A stretch of 63,442 nt of DNA, counting the filler, from Saprolegnia diclina VS20 (lineage: Eukaryota), in NCBI RefSeq assembly GCF_000281045.1. It is 11 parts of 3 records of this genome, joined end to end, with 100 filler letters (N's around TTAATTAATTAA, not from the genome) between each part and the next. Parts side by side here need not be neighbours in the genome. Positions count along the whole stretch, not along the records: positions 57,981 to 59,576 come from NW_008246126.1; positions 59,677 to 60,884 come from NW_008246126.1; positions 60,985 to 62,081 come from NW_008246127.1; positions 62,182 to 63,442 come from NW_008246127.1; 7 more parts are not named here. One strand, written 5' to 3'. The position numbers and the translations under genes were made by a program. The notes under the pieces were generated by a model that was given only the letters and a program-made list of their open reading frames with translations, was not told the DNA's origin and did not search any database. Below, one piece after another: positions 58,905 through 63,442 of the stretch. The first letter of the stretch is position 1; each line of letters starts with the position of its first letter.

Positions 58905-61662
58905 GTTTGAAAATGAGAGCTGCCACGGAATGAAATGATGGCGTCATCCGGATACACGTACCCGGAACAAGTGTCCGATACAAATCCCAAATGCAAAATG
59001 CACTTTCTGGATCGCAAAACTTGCGTTTGATTAGCCAGCGCGCGCGATGACTTGATCACGTTGGTGGACTAATCGCCGCGCCGGTGGTCGTGGGACGGGG
59101 TTTGAACGCAGAATAAACCCGCTCCGTTGCGTCAACATGGCAACGAGCGAATCGATGGCGCACAAGGCATGCTGTCAGCACCGATGCTGGTTCGCGCCCA
59201 CGTGGCCGGGAACATGGATGGCACGACGAGGCAGCTCTGCGAGCTCAGGCGGTTATTCCCTCGCACTGCGACGATGCGCAGATTCGGTCCATATCTTTGC
59301 ATTGCGCAGGGCTGCTAACGGTCGCGAAGGCGGCCTTTGGTCGCTGGACTAGGATGCATGCGGGAAACCATGGCCGTTAGTCCCGAGCACGGAGCCAATG
59401 TTGCAAACGACAAACGTTGAAGGTCTCCCAATGGGTCTCCTCATACAAAAGCTTCTCGAGCTGAGAATATGAGCTATGCAATTGATGTAGTGTACGGATG
59501 GGCGAGTGAATAGGGCAACGGGTGGGCGAGTGTGGTGCACAAGGGTCACACTGCGTTCTCTAATTCTTTTACCAGCNNNNNNNNNNNNNNNNNNNNNNNN
59601 NNNNNNNNNNNNNNNNNNNNTTAATTAATTAANNNNNNNNNNNNNNNNNNNNNNNNNNNNNNNNNNNNNNNNNNNNGGAAGCGAGTAGGCATCCCAGTTG
59701 CAAAGAGGGCCTACAACCACTCTTCTGAGTCGTTCGTAGGCATGCAGGTTGTAGTATTTATAGTACGTGCGCTAGCTCTCTGATCTGATCTTTGATTGAA
59801 GCGGACGTCGCGGTACCACGGGCGTCGGTATCTGATTCGTATCTGAGTTGGCTTTTCCAAGAATCTATTACGTCCCAAGCAGCCCGAAGTCGTTGTCAGC
59901 CGGGCATTCCATTCTCAAAGAGAGAGCGCGCAACCTTCTACACAGCGCAAGAACGTTCGCTCGTCCGATCAGACATTGCCTTCCATGGTACTGGTATCTG
60001 ATAACATGGCGCTCTTTTGGCCGATGTGATCGCGCTGACAACCTGGATATTCGACAACCATCCAGAGACGACCGGGAAACAGACTCCCACGACAGAAATC
60101 ACTTGAAATGCAGTGAGCCCACTAGCCGTGTGTGATTCGTAGGCTGAGCTTTTCTATGGTGTGCGCTATGAGAAAGGTACAAGGCCTCAGTTCGCATCTT
60201 GCTGCACCCAAGTGACTTGGATCATAGTGTTGCACCCAAAATTCTGGGCTTTGGTTGTGGGGCGTAATAATACCTGTAGTCAAGACGGCTGCACCCAATA
60301 TGAAGCGTTGGGTTCTTCGGTCAACACTGCGAGTCTGCTCTTGCACACCGCCGCTGTTTGCGCCGTGCGATTCGGTGGCAGCACGCAGCAGCACTGATCG
60401 CGTTGACACGCCCGTGCATTCGCCGCGTGTTTGTTTGCTAAAACACTTGGCTACTGTTTTGTACCCTGCCGGTATTCCAGAACAAGCGATTGAGCAGTAT
60501 GGCATTTTACATACAAATGACGACTCTTAGTAGAAATCATAGAGTGGCGGAACGGCCACCGACGCCACCCAATTCGACAGCTTAGATTGAGGACAACGTT
60601 AGCAACTTATCGGCATTCATTATTACCTGCATCGCATCTTCTACCTGGCCTTGCGCAAGCGCAACGACCTGAACACGTTCCCTGTCTCGTCGAAGCCTGG
60701 CGACCTCATTGACCACATCCTAACGCAGCACTGTCGATATCGACTAACCGCGCAATAGGATATTGCTTTGGTTTTGCTGGTGCTCCTATGTTGGCCCAAT
60801 GACGACACTGCCACATCATCTCGACGCCCGGGCACCGTCCAGACTTCGTTGTGAAGAACTAGTCAAGAAGGGAGCTTCTTGGTGNNNNNNNNNNNNNNNN
60901 NNNNNNNNNNNNNNNNNNNNNNNNNNNNTTAATTAATTAANNNNNNNNNNNNNNNNNNNNNNNNNNNNNNNNNNNNNNNNNNNNAGTCATTTCTCGTCTT
61001 GTATGACTTTTCAAGGTCTATGGCGCGGCGTCCGTTTACGTCGCAGCAACAGCTCGCAGCAACAGCTCGCAGCAGCAACTCCCAGCAATTGGCAGAGCTA
61101 TTAGCAGTACAGTGTACCGGTATCTTCCTCAGTCGTATACCAGTACCTACACAGTCACAGTACCTATCCCATTACTCGCGTTTGCCGTGCTGCTCGGCCA
61201 ACTCAGATTGCTTTGGATAGACTGTGTGGCACGGTCCGTGCCATTGTCCTGTCATCTGGATCGAAACCATATGTCCATCGCGTCCACAATAGCCACACCC
61301 ATTATTAATAGCCACAGCTGCAGGCACCAGACGACTCACTTTAAGTGTATCCCGGAACTTAAGTACTTAAAGTACACGACTTTTTTTACCGAACTTGCGC
61401 GATGCGTCTCCATAGCATAGGCAGTGGCAGCGACTTGCAACCGTGTTTGTTGCATATCTGGACATTTGTACTACTTGTATTTTACAACATCAGCACGTCG
61501 TCTGCGGTATCCATTTTCGAAGTGGTATGCGAAAGGCGCACACTCCGCGGATCTGATAACATTCGCGCAGGCTGGGGTCGCTATTTACTTCGCAACACCG
61601 TCTCAGCCTCTTGCTGCTCGACCATGATCATTTTTCCTTTGGCACTATTCGCAACAAGTCCA

Positions 61663-62081
61663 ATGGTCCATCTATCGCGCGCTCTCGCTCTTGCGGCCAT
61701 CGTTGGTATCGTCGTCGCTGACAACTCCAAGATCCACCCCAAGCTTCTCCAAAAGCTCGAAGCCGAGACCATCGACGGCATTACAATCGCGATCGAGTTC
61801 AAGGGCACGGCCGAGGAGGTGCTCGTCAGTCCAAAGTTGGAGTCGGCGTCCATCGAGTCGCGTGCAGAGCTCGCAGAGGCTGTCAAATCGGTGCTTGAAG
61901 ATCACGCAACTTCCGTTCAAGCCAGTGCGCTCAAGCTCCTCGCGAGCTCGAAGCTCGAGTCCGCGGTCGAGCACTCGTCGTTCTGGATCAACAACGTCGT
62001 GTATGCCAAGGGTGTCTCGCTCGATGTCATTCAAGCCCTCGCCAAGCTGCCCGAGGTCGCCTTCGTCCGGCCCGAAGCCAT
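61663..62081 (+). CDS. Secreted subtilisin-like (S8) protease: signal peptide and prodomain, truncated by gap
   Basis: Signal MVHLSRALALAAIVGIVVA; prodomain-like SFWINNVVY...IQALAKLPEVAFVR. The catalytic domain is not visible. Confidence 0.6.
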
Positions 62082-62181
62082 NNNNNNNNNNNNNNNNNNN
62101 NNNNNNNNNNNNNNNNNNNNNNNNNTTAATTAATTAANNNNNNNNNNNNNNNNNNNNNNNNNNNNNNNNNNNNNNNNNNNN

Positions 62182-62971
62182 CGATCCAGCGTCGCACGAG
62201 CTTCCATGCCATGCTGGACGCCGAGTATGACCGTCTTGAGAGCGTCTTCCTCACACAGCGGCTGCACGACGCTACGGCGACATGTGCACACACGGACGCC
62301 GTAGTCGAGAACGACCAACTCATTCTCACGTGCACGATGGTCCATACTATCCACGCGGATATGCATCTCGTGGCCAAGGCGCTGTGGAGTATCGTTGCGC
62401 TGGAGGAGACCGTGACGCTCGAGACGGGCATACTTCGGGTACGTACGTCACCTTCCGTCAAGACGTGGATCCAACAGACAGTTTTTGTAGCCGCTGGAAG
62501 GCGTCGGGGACTCGACGTGCTACATGCAGTTTACATTGCATCTTCCCGCCGACTTTGAGCTCCACGGCAACATGGCGTGGAAGCGCTACGACGTGTCGCC
62601 CGCTCGCATCGTCTTCACGATGAAGGTCGTGCACGACGACGAAGTCCACCCGTACCCGCCCGAGGTCTTCATTCCCCAAGAGACGGGCTGGTACATACTC
62701 AAAATCCAAACGAAGAAGCCATCTCATTCGCACGTGTAGGTTTGAGATTGAGTTGGTGCGCGATGGCGTCACCCGCGTCAAACACTTTAGCCGCGGCCGC
62801 GTTCCATGCAAGAGCTACCGCGATGCATCCCGCCAACGCGAGATTAGCTTTGCAGCGCTGGCGGACCACGTACTGACGAGCTACCGCAGCAACATTCGGG
62901 TGCATCGAATGTTCATCGACCAGCGACTTCGCGCGTGGACAGGCACAGATTTATCCTTCTTTGAACACTAA
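62182..62971 (+). CDS. C-terminal part of an oomycete bZIP/M96-associated START-like family protein, multi-exon
   Basis: RRASFHAMLDAEYDRLESVFL, VAKALW, KRY...RIVFTMKVVHDDEVHPYP...ETGW; GT..AG introns. Family call is from memory of the pattern. Confidence 0.45.
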
Positions 62972-63345
62972 TATTCGCCGCGACGGCGAGATAAGGTGCA
63001 TCGCTCGTTGCGGACCCCAACACCCCAACAATCTACCCTTCCTGCCCCATGAGCACAGTACCACAGTACTAGAATGCTGCAGGACACCTGCCCGGTTGTT
63101 GTGTCCTTACATGAAAAAGCTGTCTGCATGCAAAGCCAAATGGTGTCCTACAAGTAGCTTTGAGCCGAGCATGGCATGCACATCACAGAGCGTGCCACGT
63201 CACTGCACGTGCCATCGAGGGCAGAGCTGGAGGGCAGGAGGTGCAGGAAACCGGATGGATGAGGTGCTCTTTCCACATAATAGCATTTTGTTTCAGAAAC
63301 GCACCTAATTGTGAGGAAGCGCACCCACATCTCCATTTCCAGCGC

Positions 63346-63442
63346 ATGGATCCGTCGAGAACCGACGACCTCCTCGCGCTCGACGACCTCGAGTTGGCAT
63401 GGGACCTCGACCTGCCAACGCGACCCAAGCGACAGCGCAAGC
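63346..63442 (+). CDS. 5' start of a further gene, running off the window
   Basis: INR-like CTCCATTTCC, then MDPSRTDDLLALDDLELAWDLDLPTRPKRQRK. Confidence 0.4.
   Translation, partial: MDPSRTDDLLALDDLELAWDLDLPTRPKRQRK

Noticed and set aside
1..63442. tRNA, rRNA or CRISPR arrays
   Set aside because: No cloverleaf, rRNA signature or regularly spaced repeat-spacer pattern seen; tRNAscan-SE and Infernal were not run.

Overview
Eukaryotic draft-scaffold DNA, not prokaryotic. GC3-rich codons, ~45-55 nt GT..AG introns (often GTAC donors), oomycete-type INR/FPR core promoters and the gene families present point to a saprolegnialean oomycete (Saprolegnia/Achlya-like; inference). Bases 1-33 kb are gene-dense: a coiled-coil protein, bacterial-like RarD and GNAT genes, GINS1/Psf1, two tandem MFSD9-like transporters, SNF8, SAR1, a CAMK-like kinase, a PTPMT1-like phosphatase, a family-16 methyltransferase, Cwc2, a LigB/DODA dioxygenase, TRAPPC6, RNase Z and a KMO-like monooxygenase. 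Bases 33-63 kb are gene-sparse and gap-rich, with a tandem array of up to 8 gene segments encoding membrane-anchored alpha/beta-hydrolases, duplicated quinone oxidoreductases and a subtilisin 5' end. The two strongest leads only appear after splicing by hand. (1) A secreted Cys-rich protein at 13253-14169 whose predicted mature chain starts with His (HSWIEC...KNH...YTFHWEW...YISC), a candidate histidine-brace/LPMO-like copper protein. (2) A spliced fusion at 27448-29178 of a SAM methyltransferase, a poly-Asp linker and an Asp/Asn beta-hydroxylase-type 2OG dioxygenase. Exon boundaries were inferred by eye and family names come from motif recognition; no database searches were run.
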